DNA from: Octopus sinensis
Lineage: Eukaryota
Direction: 5' to 3'
Assembly (NCBI RefSeq): GCF_006345805.1
Contig: NC_043011.1
Coordinates: forward strand, 2,914,001-2,978,000
DNA: 64,000 nucleotides
A model generated the notes under the pieces. The model saw nothing but the letters and a program-made list of their open reading frames with translations, was not told the DNA's origin and did no database searches. The position numbers and the translations under genes are program-made. How positions within the stretch are numbered: position 1 is the stretch's first letter; every line of letters begins with the position of its first letter. Shown here one piece after another: positions 13,740 to 26,953 of the stretch.

Positions 13740-14440
13740 ACAATTGTGAAAAGAAGGAAGCTGCAAACTAGACTAGCAACATCTCCATCAATGACTTAAC
13801 TGCTTCCCCTATATCTGATGAGGAATATTTCAGGTTTCTAGGGGTGGATGAAAATGTACTTTACAATGATACCTATAACAAAACACGTCACTAAAGAATA
13901 TTACAGCTGAATAAAGAAAATTTGGACTTTGGAACTCCCTGCTTTCAATAAAACAGTGACCCACAATGTGTTTGCAGTGCCAGTACTCATACCAACATTT
14001 GGGCTGCTTGATTGGATGCCTGATGAGATCTGAGGCTTTGATGTGAAAACCCAGAAGATACTAACCAGTCCACATAATTTCCACATCTACAGTGATGTAG
14101 ACCATCTCTACCTAAAATGGAAACAACGTAGCAGAGGCTTAACATCGATACAATTTGCCTTTGAATGTCGTATCATATCCCTTTGAAACCTCTTTTAACC
14201 ATGAAGTGTCAAAGTGCATCCCTTGACTAAGTTTGCATACTTGAGGCTGAGAACATCATAAGACTTGGAAGACACCTCCTTGAGTAGCATTCATTGTCTG
14301 ATAACCTTAAATACATGCCCAAAGAAGTCACACGACTCTACTGTGACATATCATCAGATGAAAGGCTGACTGTATATGAGCAAAAGAGTATGCATGGATA
14401 TAGTAGAAAACACCAAGGTGAAAGTAACATTGATCATCAA
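13740..14440 (+). mobile_element. Decayed Dong/R4-clade (R2 group) LINE fragment, post-RT region
   Basis: Read-through translation: YFRFLGVDE...VTKEYYS*IKKIW..ELPAFNKTVTHNVFAVPVLIPTFGLLDW..DEI*GFDVKTQKILT...SDVDHLYL...RGL, matching the R4/Dong pattern. Confidence 0.7.
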
Positions 14441-15368
14441 AGCAGTCTATCATGGACCAGCAACCACAATCTTACAATCATGAGTCCAACACCTTAACCA
14501 CTAAGCCTTGCCTTGTACATTTAAAAATATTTTGAGCAGTTTACCTTTTTACAAAATACTTTAGACACATTAAAAACTTTTCTTTTTCTCTTGTTCTTTT
14601 ATTAACCACATCTTCTTCATCCTATTTACTCCTCCCCATTCTCCTCTAAATCATCATCATCATCATCATCATCATTTTCCATGACAGATCCATTATCAGT
14701 TAAAGTTAAATTATACATTGGTAATTTCTTGTGACACACAAGCCTTTTTCATCTTTGCTTTTTTTTCATCCTTTGACTTAAATTAGACATTCTACATCTA
14801 ATGAACCATGCAATAATAATGAGAAGTATTTCACAGATGGAAATTTTTATATTTTTATTTTCAAATTTTTATTAATGCATGACTACATATGTTTCGGCAT
14901 GACATGTATTTTTATGGGACCATCTTACCAAATCCATAGGATATTATTAAATGCCATTTATAATATTCATGGACCCTAGGGGAGTCCATTAAATCGACAT
15001 GCATATTTCCTTGGGCAATTTTGCATTAATGTACTATATAGATCATATTTCTGTAGCTTATGCTGCATACATGTATAATAATATTGGTGACGGTGACAGT
15101 ATATAGTATATACTATCACCACCACAAATATTGGTGTATATATTATATAGCATTGATGACAGCTAGATGACAAGGGCCAGTGGTATATGTAGTTAGTTAT
15201 GCATGCATTCTCATTTCATATATATATATAAATATACACACCTATGTGTATATGTATGTATAGACATATAATATGTATGTGTATATATACACACATACAC
15301 ATCTATCTATCTGTATGTATGTATCTATGCATGAATGTATATATATATATATATATATATGTATATAC

Positions 15369-15403
<35 letters not shown>

Positions 15404-15435
15404 TATATGCTCGTACACACATATAAGTAAATGCT

Positions 15436-15487
<52 letters not shown>

Positions 15488-15671
15488 ATATATACTTAAG
15501 CATTGTAATACTAATAACCAGTTGTCTGGACTTAATATACATGTATTTTAGAGTAAAGTGTTAGTGAGGTACAGGCTATGGAAAAGTGTGTCACCAGATT
15601 TTTAGTTTCTTATAGAAACTAAAAATTTGCCAATTTATTTGGTCGAAAGTAAGTGTACATATGCATAAATG

Positions 15672-15708
<37 letters not shown>

Positions 15709-16126
15709 GCATAGACACACACATCTAAATGTATATGTAGCACTCAAATGATTTGAACTTTTACTTCCAAAATCTTTATCGAGGACTATTTAGTCCCCAA
15801 TAAAGATTTTTACCAACATATATCAGCAATGTATATCGTTGAAAAACTAAACGACTCACGAAATTCCCTTGTCATTCACAAAAATGCAACAAATTAGTTA
15901 TGAGGTAGATGCAAACTTGTAATCAGTGATGTTCTTTTCATAAATTTGAATACAAAATTAAAATGAAAATGCAACATTGTTATTACTTAAGAGTAAATGA
16001 TATTACCACCATCCCTCTTTTATTTGCTTTACATTGTGATGAAGTGACAGAAATCAGAGACTGCTCAGAGTTTTGAATTATTGCTCTGTATCTAAAGTTC
16101 ATATACTGGTTTTAAATTTTCAGAGG

Positions 16127-16291
16127 AGAGGCTAAGTTGATTACATAGCCCCCAGTGCTCAACTGGTACTTATTTATTGACCCTAAAAGGATGAAAGGCA
16201 AAGTTGGCCTCAGCAGAATTTGAACTCAGAATGTAAAGATGGGTGAAATGCTGCCAAGCATTTTGCCCATCATGTTAGCTCACTGCCTTAA
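16127..16291 (-). mobile_element. SINE-C, decayed
   Basis: Intra-window homology. Confidence 0.7.
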
Positions 16292-16329
16292 ATTTGAAGT
16301 TCATTCATCAGCAAGTAGAAAACTATAAG

Positions 16330-16900
16330 TATCTTCGAGCTGTTTCATGGGTGATGGGAAGCAAGAGGCTGAATTAGATACTAGAATTGCATAATAATGT
16401 GTCATCTCCAGAAGATGAGAGTTTGGCAAAAAGGCCAAATTTTCTATCTTCAGTTCAGTTTTCATGCCTGTCCTCACCTACGGTCAGGAACGTTGGATAA
16501 TGTTTGTCAGAGTATGATTGTGAATACAAGTAACTCAAATAGGGTTCCTCTAAAAAGTCTCTGGAATAACATTCCTCAACAGGATGTTTAGCTTGGAGAT
16601 CAAGAAGTCTCTCCAGATCAAGCTAACATTCTCCGCATTGAGAGGTCACAACCTCAGTTCTAGGAACATGTTACAAGAATATCATAGGAAAGAATTGCAA
16701 GATGCATTCTTTAAACTGAGCAGGAAACCAAGGAGTAAGCCAAAAATGAGATGGTTGGATGATGCCCATATTCTTCGTTGGTCATGCCTGGGAATCTAGT
16801 CTTAAAGATAATTGTTTTTGATAGGATCTTATGGAAGAGGTGCCTAAGGATGCTACCTCCATGATCCTCTCAGAAATAGTGGGTAGAGAAGATGGATGTG
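16330..16900 (+). mobile_element. Decayed RTE-clade LINE 3' fragment
   Basis: AKFSIFSSVFMPVLTYGQERW...RKPRSKPKMRWLDD, matching RTE C-terminal motifs; contains stops and frameshifts. Confidence 0.7.
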
Positions 16901-17201
16901 TATTGGCAAGGTCACCTTTGCCATTCATCCTTCAAATTTATTATTGTTGTACAGCTCCATGTCAACTCTAATCTCACAGACTCAAGATCAAATCTTCTAG
17001 CCATAACTTCACTATCTTGTTTTCAACAATAGGGCACAGGTGTGGATGTGTGGTAAGAAGCTTGTTTCCTATCCACTTGGTTCTGGGTTCAGTCCCACTG
17101 CACGGCATCTTGGACAAGTGTCTTTTACTGTGATCTGAGGCTGACCAAAGCCTTGTGAGTGGATTTGTTAGATGGAAGCTAAAAGAAGCCTGTTATATAT
17201 A

Positions 17202-17236
<35 letters not shown>

Positions 17237-17240
<4 letters not shown>

Positions 17241-17445
17241 TGTAATTTCCAAAAAAAAAAACAAATGATAAAGACGGGTATGTAAACAACAAACAGATGT
17301 ATTAGTTTAACACTCGGGAAGTGAGAAAATATTTTACATTTCGAGCCTATGCTCTTCAACATAAAGGAACACAGAAATAAGCAGAGAGAGAAAATAAAAA
17401 AGGTTTAGTGGCTAGCGATCAATCATATGTATGTATGTATGTATA
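17237..17445 (-). mobile_element. Solo repeat with decayed minimal hammerhead motif (17332-17367)
   Basis: Minus strand: ttt ATGTTGA a gagc-atag-gctc GAAA tg TA aaa; 3' end abuts (TA)n. Confidence 0.5.
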
Positions 17446-17724
17446 CATATATATTTCCAAAAACTGTTTCAAGGAGTATATAATCCTGGCAGTTACAGTG
17501 TTAACTCTTAGATCGGTACCCAATGCCAGATAGCCACAGCAAATGTTGGTGATACTCAACTTAGTAATAATTTACTAGAATGAGTTATTATCCTCACTTG
17601 GATATACGCACATTTGGGTTGCAACCACTGCAGTCCAAGTGAAGAATGATGTAAATTACTGAATATGTGCAAAACTCCATTCTCCTGATCTTCATTAATT
17701 TCATTATCTCTCTTTCTTTCTCTC

Positions 17725-17970
<246 letters not shown>

Positions 17971-19015
17971 GTATGTGTGCAAAAGTCTTTGAGTCTGTGT
18001 ATTTCCTCTACCACCATTTGACAACTGGTGCTGATGCATTTACATCCCCATAACTTAGCAGTTTAGCAAAAGAGATAAATAGAATAAGTACTAGGCTTTA
18101 AAATAAAAATTACTAAAGAAAAATTCTTCAATCCAGTGCTCCATCTTGGCTTCAGTCTAATGACTGAAACAAGTAAGATAAAAGATAAAAGAATAATATA
18201 AATAACACCACATTATCATCAAATGACTGTCTTGCTTTAAGACAGTAGGATGTAATTTAGGAATGATTTGACTGTGATTTCTAACAAATCAAACGATTAT
18301 GTAGAAAATCAATCATTGGCTCTCCAATTGCCTGCAGCTGCAAGATTTAATAAAATGAGTAATAGGAATGATGTTCTGGAATCAATTCATTCTTCAATAT
18401 TGTGTCCATAAGAAGTTTGTAACTCTGCATGAACTTGAGAAAACCTTGGGTTAAAGATACACTCGCATTCTATTTCTATATTCTTGTCAGAAATTTCAAT
18501 GTCATACTACCAAGTGTCTTTTGCACTTTACATATTGCCAGCATTTCACTATGAAGCAGTCAGTCTTATAATGAGGATGAAACTTATTTTTCAACAAGAA
18601 AATTTTTCTCCCTATTTAAGGAATTTATTTTCTACACCATACTATGAATACAAAGAAAAAAAAAAAGAAAAACAAAGCACTGCAAAATAAAATAAATAAA
18701 AAAAAACATCACAAATATGTTTTATAGACATCAATTTAGTACATTATAGCCTGTCTGACATAAGTATTTTTGCTGGATTGAAAACACCAATTTCTGCAGA
18801 AGTGGGATAACATTACTGCAAACAGATAACGAGTATGATTTTTTTTTTTTTTAGAAAGATCCATCAATCATCAGAAACACCAAGGGGGAAAATGTTGTTG
18901 GAGTTAACAGATTTTTATAATTAATTGGTTCTAGCGTGAGTGTTTGTCTATTATATGCATTTGTGTATGTGTGTGAGTGTGTGTGTATGTGTGTGTGTGC
19001 GTGCATGTGCACACG

Positions 19016-19054
<39 letters not shown>

Positions 19055-19937
19055 ACACATGTGAGTAATTATATTATACAGCAAAACAAAACACAGAGTC
19101 ATTTGTGCAGAGATAACAGTTAAATAGATTTGGTTGCAGGGAAGCGGTTTTCTTGATGTAGCCAGTAATTGAATGGAGATTTAGTTTTATACAAAAAGTG
19201 TTTGTCATTGGTTTCAAGCAATTATATATCAGCAAAAAGGTTAGAGGCATTCTCACGCTGAGAAATGTTAACTCTTTTTTTTTTTATATGTAATTCAGGT
19301 CCACTGTCTGATTACTGACTCATTGAGGCAACTAAAAGAAATAGATCCGACAATACAAACATAAAATTATACATTCTTTAAACAATTGATATATAATCAG
19401 TGGAAATCCATGCTAAGCATTCTGTGAAACTGCAACAGTCAGACTAGGCATTGTAGGACCTTCAAATAGCTAACATTACAACCATAGATCTGATAAAGCA
19501 CAGCTAACCAGTGCTGTTTAACACTGATAAACAACATTTGAGAAAAACTACTATAAAAGTATTTCGTTTTTGGATTTGGTTTGCAAGGTTCTTTATATGA
19601 GTTCGTGTGTTGAAGCATATTCTGTTGTGTCTGGGGAGAGTCATTTTCTTTTTGTGCCTTATTATTTAATGCACTCACTGGTAAAATTTCCGCTTTTTCT
19701 TTTTACACTATAAAAGTTAAATTATTTTATTGTTTGTCTGGGAAATATTGAATCAGATTGACAGTTAACTCATGAGTAGGCATTTTAAAGGTGTAAGATT
19801 ATTACTTAAAGGTAGTTAATGTTACAAAATCATGCATTGAATATTGTTTTATTTAATAGTAGCAGGGCTTTGATTACCTGAGCCTAAAATTGGTTTTAAA
19901 TTTAAAATGAAACATTCTGTTTCATTTGTGCATCTTA

Positions 19938-20363
19938 GGATCTTTTCGGTTTGAATGGCAGTTTTTTCTAGTGGTGTCATATGAAATTGTCACCCATAAT
20001 TATGACCCTAGTATTGATCTATTGCATTTCAATCTGTTTTAAGGTTAGGGTTAGTTAGGGTTAGAGGTGGGGGAAGGGTATCTTTTTTTTTCTTCACAAA
20101 TGTAACTAAACCCAATCTGTTTCTTAAACGAGGGACATATTCATACGGCACAGAATGTTTTTAACTCCATAGACATCACTGATTGGTTGAAATTGCAGAA
20201 ATTGAAGAAAAAAACAACAAATATCTTACAAACTATAGAATTTTCTCAATGAAGCCAAGAGAAAAAGATGTTTTATAAACACATTCTACCAGTATACAAA
20301 GTTAAAAATTTTTTAGTTACCTAGAAATTATGTTAAAAACTGCTGTTCAAACTGAAAAGATCT
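19938..20363. mobile_element. Miniature inverted-repeat element (MITE) with about 29-bp TIRs and 8-bp TSD; Merlin-like by GG terminus; internal TTAGGG-like tract
   Basis: ggatcttttcggtttgaatggcagttttt / aaaaactgctgttcaaactgaaaagatct; gcatctta duplicated at 19930-37 and 20364-71. Confidence 0.8.
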
Positions 20364-20400
20364 GCATCTTAATGTTGTCTCTAGCAACTATAAATGACCT

Positions 20401-20710
20401 CTTTTTCTTTTGCCCTTTTCAAGCCTAGCCAGGCTCATGGGCCTAGTTTCCCGGTTTCTGTGGCATATGTGTTCCCCCCAGCTGGACGGGACACCAGTCC
20501 ATCACAGTGTTATTCAAGTAACAGGAAGAGAGAGTGAGAGTAAGTTGTGGTGAAAGAGTACAACAGGGGTCGCCACCACTCCTGCTGGAGCCTCATGGAG
20601 CTTTTAGGTGTTTTCGCTCAATAAACACACACAATGCCCGGTCTGGGAATCGAAACTGCGATCCTCCGACTGCAAGTCCACTGCTCTTACCACTGGACCA
20701 TTGCGCCTCC
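20401..20710 (-). mobile_element. SINE-B, tail type iii, 14-bp TSD
   Basis: actataaatgacct at 20387-400 and 20711-724. Confidence 0.9.
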
Positions 20711-20802
20711 ACTATAAATGACCTAGCAATACTTATATTCTACTGAGCTGACTTATCTTTTTGTTTTTGTTCTAAATATAGTGCATAACGACAACATCTT
20801 CA

Positions 20803-21706
20803 ATGTGAAGGTCAGCTGAAAAGTTTACAGGCTGACCAAGATACATTCATGGAATGTTACCAATTGCAGTTTATTTTTCAACGTAACCCCCTCTTGTGGT
20901 CACATACTTCTTCCTTCAGTGTTGCAGTGCATGGATCCCACTGATGAAGGAGCTTTCATCCTGTTGGTCAAAAGTCATCAACAGCAGATATGATGTCATT
21001 CTGGTTTCTAATGTGATGCTGGTTTCTAATCAAGTGTTATATTTCTAGTCATGTTAGGGAACAGATGATAATGAGATGGGGGCCAAGTCAGGGGAATAAG
21101 GAGAGCAGTCGACCAGTTCAAAGACACAGTGATGCACATCAGCCAAGGACTTGTGTCCTGGAGCATTGTCTTGACGAAACAGGATCCCTTTCATCAGTTT
21201 CCCTGGGAGTTTGGTCTTGATAGCTTTTTGCAACTGCCTCAGCAAGTTGCCATAGTACTCTCCATTAACAGTGTAGCACTTTTGAAGATAGGAAATAAGT
21301 ATAATGCCTTTTGCATCCCAAAAAACTGTGATGAAACGATGTTGGCATTTTTTGGAGCATGTGGAGAGGAGTGTTTGCACTGTATGGATTGTCTTTTTAT
21401 CTCTAGATCAAAGTGATGGACCCAAGACTCATTCTGGCTTAAGAAATGTTCAAGGTAACCAGCTGAATCTGCCTCAAATAATGTCAGATTTTTCTTTGAT
21501 CTGATCACCTTGGTATGCTTTTGATCAGGTGTCAAAAGATATGGCATCTACCATGCTGAAGCCTTCATCATGCCAAGTTCATTGTGCAGAATATTCTCAC
21601 TTTTCTCACAGCATAGGCTCTTTGATTCATAGTCAATTGCCTGTCATTTATCAGCATGGGGCGAACATGATCAATGTTTTCATCAGTGAATGAAAACATT
21701 GATCAT
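20803..21706 (-). mobile_element. Mariner transposon relic (5'-deleted)
   Basis: NESWVHHFDLE, TVFWDAKGII, QDNAP.H, PYSPDLAP motifs; terminal-inverted-repeat (TIR)-like end at about 20803. Confidence 0.88.
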
Positions 21707-23598
21707 TAACCACAACATTATTGAAACTACCAGTTACCAGAACCAACATAGATACAAGCAAAAGGAGCCCCTATGTAGTTCTCAAATGGCTAGAAATGGC
21801 ATCCAAATTTCTCTAAAATCACACATCACTATCTTATATAAGGGTTGGACACATATTAGATGACGCGGTCCAACATACCCCACTATGAAAGGAGAGGTTA
21901 ACCTTGACTATAAGCCTTTTGATCATAAGTCTGAACAACAACATACTTAGGCCTTAAAACACTCTTATGTAGAGCAATAAATGAAAATTATAGTTTCAGA
22001 AACCTTGCATTCTAATTCGTAAAGAATTCAGTCATGTGAAGATGGAAAAATCTTCAGGCATTGAGATTTGTTCTTTAATTTTGTCTGTATCTTAATGGAA
22101 TGATATAATGAAATTAAAGAACTCTCTGATAGCATCACTCATTTCCTATCTTCCCCATATCATTCATTATATCTTTCTTCCCACTTCTCTCATCTTTCCT
22201 AATCTCCTTTTAAATCTGCCTTTCCTTAATCCCTTCTTCCTCATTCCATCCCCCTCTCTCTTCACTTCCCCTCTGTCACACTCCCTCTTCTTCTTTGAAT
22301 TTATTTATCTTGTACCCCTCTTCTGTTTCACATCGTTTCTCTCTGTTACTCTCCATTCTCACACGCCTCACTTCATCGTATATTTCTTTGTATCTATCTA
22401 CCCTTAGGCTTATTTCTCAAGGCTAACCTGTGTCTAAACAACTACAACAACAATTACTTGTACCACTGCTACTGCATAATTTCAGTCCCACGCCACTACC
22501 ACCACCTCACAATCACTCATAGATTTGACACAGAGCTGGAGGGTTAAACAACAAAGCAAACTTTAATCACCAACACTATCACATTCTCTTAAACACAACT
22601 GCTTACAACAGTCAAGACCTACCTAAAACCATTCATACATACATTACTTGAAAACACGGAGTTCATTTTCCAGCTGCTGCCATCGTTTTCCCAAGGGGAG
22701 CAACTCAATATCAACAACTTTGTTTTCTCTGGTTTTAAATTAATATGATAATGCTGACATCTTGAGGTTTTCCAAACTTCAAATTCCAATATTTACTGGT
22801 TTAATATGTCTCTCAAAATCTCAGAGTAAGTACCTGCTTTCGTTCGTCTGAAATCTGCTCATGATCTCTACTATCTTAACAGTTTTGTTGCTTATCATTT
22901 ATTTATGTAAACTTAAAGATAGTCATTACTAACGATATTTGATGAATTCAAGGTCCCCTATAAGGGATGAGTTGTTAGTTTTGCAGAGTACTTCTGACAA
23001 TCTGAGTACTTGAAATAAATTTCTTGTATCATAGAAACTATGACACTGGCATTAACTGCTGAGGTGAGTACATGAGTCTTTGAAGCTAGTATGTAGTGAT
23101 ATAATCTTAATGTTTTTGGGCGATCAACATTTTTGGGACATTTTATCCATGTTATTTCCAATGAGTATTAAAAAAAAACTAACCTGTAAACATTCACTTT
23201 CCAAACTGGCATAACTGGCATCAAAATAGCAGTTTATATTTAGATTTGAAGGTTTTTCCAAAGCTGGGAAGCAGCATTCTTACTTTAATGTGTTTTTCAG
23301 TGTTGTTCATATTGCAAACATCAAATAATTCATAAGGACCATCTAAGTAGAACTTATCTTCATTTCATTATCAAAATAAAATCTTTTGTCAGACTTATTA
23401 ATCTTAGCCAAGGTTTTGTCTCTATCATTCAGTGTACCAACAAACGCTTCTAGGCAGAGTTCTTCAGAAATTGTAAAAAACTATCAAGATTCATACAACC
23501 GTACAAAGAGTTGCTTTCACCAGAGTTGACATCTGTCTATATGACTCGTTAATAAGATGGCTTTAAAATGTTGCAACATAGAATAAAGCCTAATACAC

Positions 23599-23796
23599 CT
23601 GATCAAATTCTACAGTTTTATTAATATGATTTTGCTGACACTCTTTGGAAAAATATATAGTAGACTTAATTTTACCACTTGCTGCCTGTACTATTTGGCT
23701 TAATATAAAACTGTCACCTCTCGTCCTGTAACACTGATAATTAACAATCTCTGGTTTATACTTCACACCTAGTGTAGCACACTCATTTTCAGCATT
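23599..23796 (-). CDS. Candidate internal exon (198 nt, phase 0-0), product unknown
   Basis: Acceptor tctttttgcag|, open frame NAENECATLGVKYKPE...VEFDQ, donor cag|gtgtat; repeat-free region. Could be chance. Confidence 0.2.
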
Positions 23797-23982
23797 CTGC
23801 AAAAAGACATGTCTGATCATGGTAAAGTATTACCTTACTTTGAATCAGGTGACAGTTGTTGACAGGAAGAGTATCCAGCCTTTCAATAAAGCTGTATCCA
23901 ACCAATGCAGACATGGAAAAGTGGGCATTAAAAACAATGATGATGGTGTTACATACATCATATAAATATCAGCTTGTGCATG

Positions 23983-24031
<49 letters not shown>

Positions 24032-24831
24032 CATTTATGTATGTCAGTGGCAGGTGTGAATATCTAACTTACGAATTTTGATCATTTTCTGTGAGAAGGG
24101 GCAGTGCCAACAGCTTTTTTTTTTATATCTTCCTAGATAAGATTAATATGACTGTTGCTCAATTAAAATTATATTTTTGTGATTGGAGGCAAAAACATGT
24201 TTATTTTACAAAAGAAAAAGAAAATAGCAGTTTAGATATAAACTGCAGAGGAATCACGAAAAACGTTTGTTGAATAATGTAATTCCAGTTCCAGTAACCT
24301 AACAGAAATTTAACAAATTAGAGAGAGAGAGAGAGATATCTAATGGAATATAAATTAATACAATCTGCCTTAGTTTAATCTTCATCTCAACTTGTTTTCA
24401 AAATAACTCTATTTTCAGAATAATTCAATCTAATAAATGAATATATTGTAAAGATAAGATATAGTAAATTTCATCTGATATCTGATTGATTTGTTTTGAA
24501 AAGAGACACAAAAGTTCTGATGGAACTCAATGAAACATCCAACAACCTCATTTCAGACAGATTAGTTTCAACTGATTTCCTTATGAAATAAAAGAAAAAT
24601 AATTTGAAAGTTGAGAAAACTAACTGAGGAAGAAACATGTCTTGCACGTAGTTTCTTTTTTTGTTTTGTTGTTGTTGTTGTTGTCTTTGAGGGCATATCA
24701 AATTGAATAGCATTGAAACTTGAAATCTCAATAAACAAGATTTCTTCGGGTGAAATACTGTTGGAACATGTTGTAAATTTTAATGACAATAAGTTTTACA
24801 AGGTAACATATCATCAACATACACTCATTCA

Positions 24832-24866
<35 letters not shown>

Positions 24867-25114
24867 GAAGTTTCTGTTGATTTATAAACATCGTTTTCTC
24901 TCTCAATAATTGAAACCGGTTTTATTTTATTAGGAAATTTGGAATTGAAATCTGAAAATAATTAATGTAGTTTTTAGATAAAAGCCTGAATTATGTTTTA
25001 CTTTCTCAGTTATGTCATTTTCTGAATGTTTTAATTACCAAAACAAGTTTGATGTACTTGGAATTGATAGATTCTCAGTTGAATCAGAAATTATTGAAGA
25101 AAAGAAAGACATAC

Positions 25115-25119
25115 AGTGT

Positions 25120-25154
<35 letters not shown>

Positions 25155-25283
25155 AGTGTGTGTGAGTGCATGTGTGTGTGCATGTGTGTGAGTGTGTGTG
25201 TGTGTGTGCAAGTGTGTGTGCATGTGTGTGTGTGTGCGTGTGTGTGTGCATGTGTGTGTGTGTGTGTGTGTGTGCATGTGTGT
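25115..25283. repeat. (TG)n/(TGTGCA)n microsatellite
   Basis: Seen directly. Confidence 0.95.
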
Positions 25284-25727
25284 CAACAAGGGAAAAAGGA
25301 AGAGAAAGTGAAATTTTTTCCAAATTACTGTGTTGATTGAGTAAAATATTGAATGATCTAAAGAAAAACTATTCTTGAATAGAATAAGATTTTGAAAATA
25401 CAAAAGTCTAAATTTTTCAAATCATTGAGTGAAATGTTTCTTAAGGGTATCAAATATATTTTGCATGGCTTTCTGAGTCAATAGGATATCGGGCAACCAT
25501 CTTAAAAGGCAGCAGCTTATAACTTAACATGGACATTGTTGAGGTTCTGAGATCAATCTTATTGCATGGTACTGTTTGTATTATAGCTTAAGATTAACTA
25601 AATCTATGAAAAGGAATTTGATACTCTCACTTGTTTGTATAGATACACACTCGCTGGTTGCCAGCTCTGGCCTGCTACTGATCACACAGATGGCATGGTG
25701 GGAGTATTTGGGAGAATGGGATACTCA

Positions 25728-26115
25728 TTTACTCATTTACTTGTTTCAGTCATCTGACTGTGGTCATGCTGGAGCACTGCCTTTAGTCGAGCAACTCGAC
25801 CCCAGGACTTATTCTTTGTAAGCCTAGTACTTATTCTATCGGTCTCTTTTGCCGAACTGCTAAGTTTCGGGGACGTAAACACACCAGCATCGGTTGTCAA
25901 GCAATGCTAGGGGGACAAACACAGACACACAAACATACACATATATACATATATACGACGGGCTTCTTTCAGTTTCTGTCTACCAAATCCACTCACAAGG
26001 CTTTGGTCGGCCCGAGGCTATAGTAGAAGACACTTGCCCAAGGTGCCACGCAGTGGGACTGAACCCGGAACCATGTGGTTGGTAAACAAGCTACTTACCA
26101 CACTGCCACTCCTAC
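25728..26115 (-). mobile_element. SINE-A, full length
   Basis: Intra-window homology. Confidence 0.9.
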
Positions 26116-26544
26116 GGGATGTTGATCTTAAAGGTAAAGGTAGTAGTGGGAGTGATTGAAGTTTATGTTAATTTTGTTTTTTGTTTTTTCTTTCTTAGCC
26201 TCATATCGACCAAACCATTGCTAGTGCTAGTGGAGTTGTTGTTGTAGCATTGGTGGTGATTGAGGCTTTTGTTGTTGCTTAGCCTCATTTCAGCCAAGAT
26301 TAGGGGTGTGATGACGGGGGTGGTGGTGGATAGTTGTTATTTGACCTAAGATCACCCTTGAATGATCAAATAAAAGATCAAAGGTGTTCATACCATGACC
26401 AGCCAATCTTTTAGACCTAATGAATGCAGCACTATGTTAACTAATGTATGCTTTTAAAAGTTGGCAAGGTCTGATTTAAGGGAGATCCAGTTACTATTTT
26501 TACATAATAAGGGAGCATGCACAAGGTCCCTTGTAGGTTCTCTT

Positions 26545-26953
26545 TTTACTCTTTTACCCTTTTACTTGTTTTAGTCATTTGACTGCGGCCATGCTGGAGC
26601 ACCACCTTTAGTCGAGCAAATCGACCCCGGGACTTATTCTTTGTAAGCCCAGTACTTATTCTATCGGTCTCTTTTGCCGAACCGCTAAGTGACGGCGACG
26701 TAAACACACCAGCATTGGCTGTCAAGCAATGCTAGGGGGACAAACACAGACATACAAACACACACACACACACATATTTATACATATATACGACAGGCTT
26801 CTTTCAGTTTCCGTCTACCAAATCCACTCACAAGGCATTGGTCGGCCCGCGGCTATAGCAGAAGACACTTGCCCAAGATGCCACGCAGTGGGACTGAACC
26901 CGGAACCATGTGGTTGGTTAGCAAGCTACTTACCACACAGCCACTCCTGCGCC
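26545..26953 (-). mobile_element. SINE-A, full length
   Basis: Intra-window homology. Confidence 0.9.

Noticed and set aside
20041-20070. TTAGGG-like repeats as an interstitial telomere
   Set aside because: Only 3-4 imperfect units inside a TIR/TSD-bounded MITE.
23184-23540. A continuous 115-120 aa minus-strand frame obtainable by three homopolymer frameshifts
   Set aside because: Needs three ad hoc corrections and matches nothing I recognise.
24471-24580. Phase-2 exon KSVETNLSEMRLL...DIR* joined to the candidate first exon
   Set aside because: Gives only a 46-aa peptide with no recognisable homology; phase compatibility alone is weak evidence.
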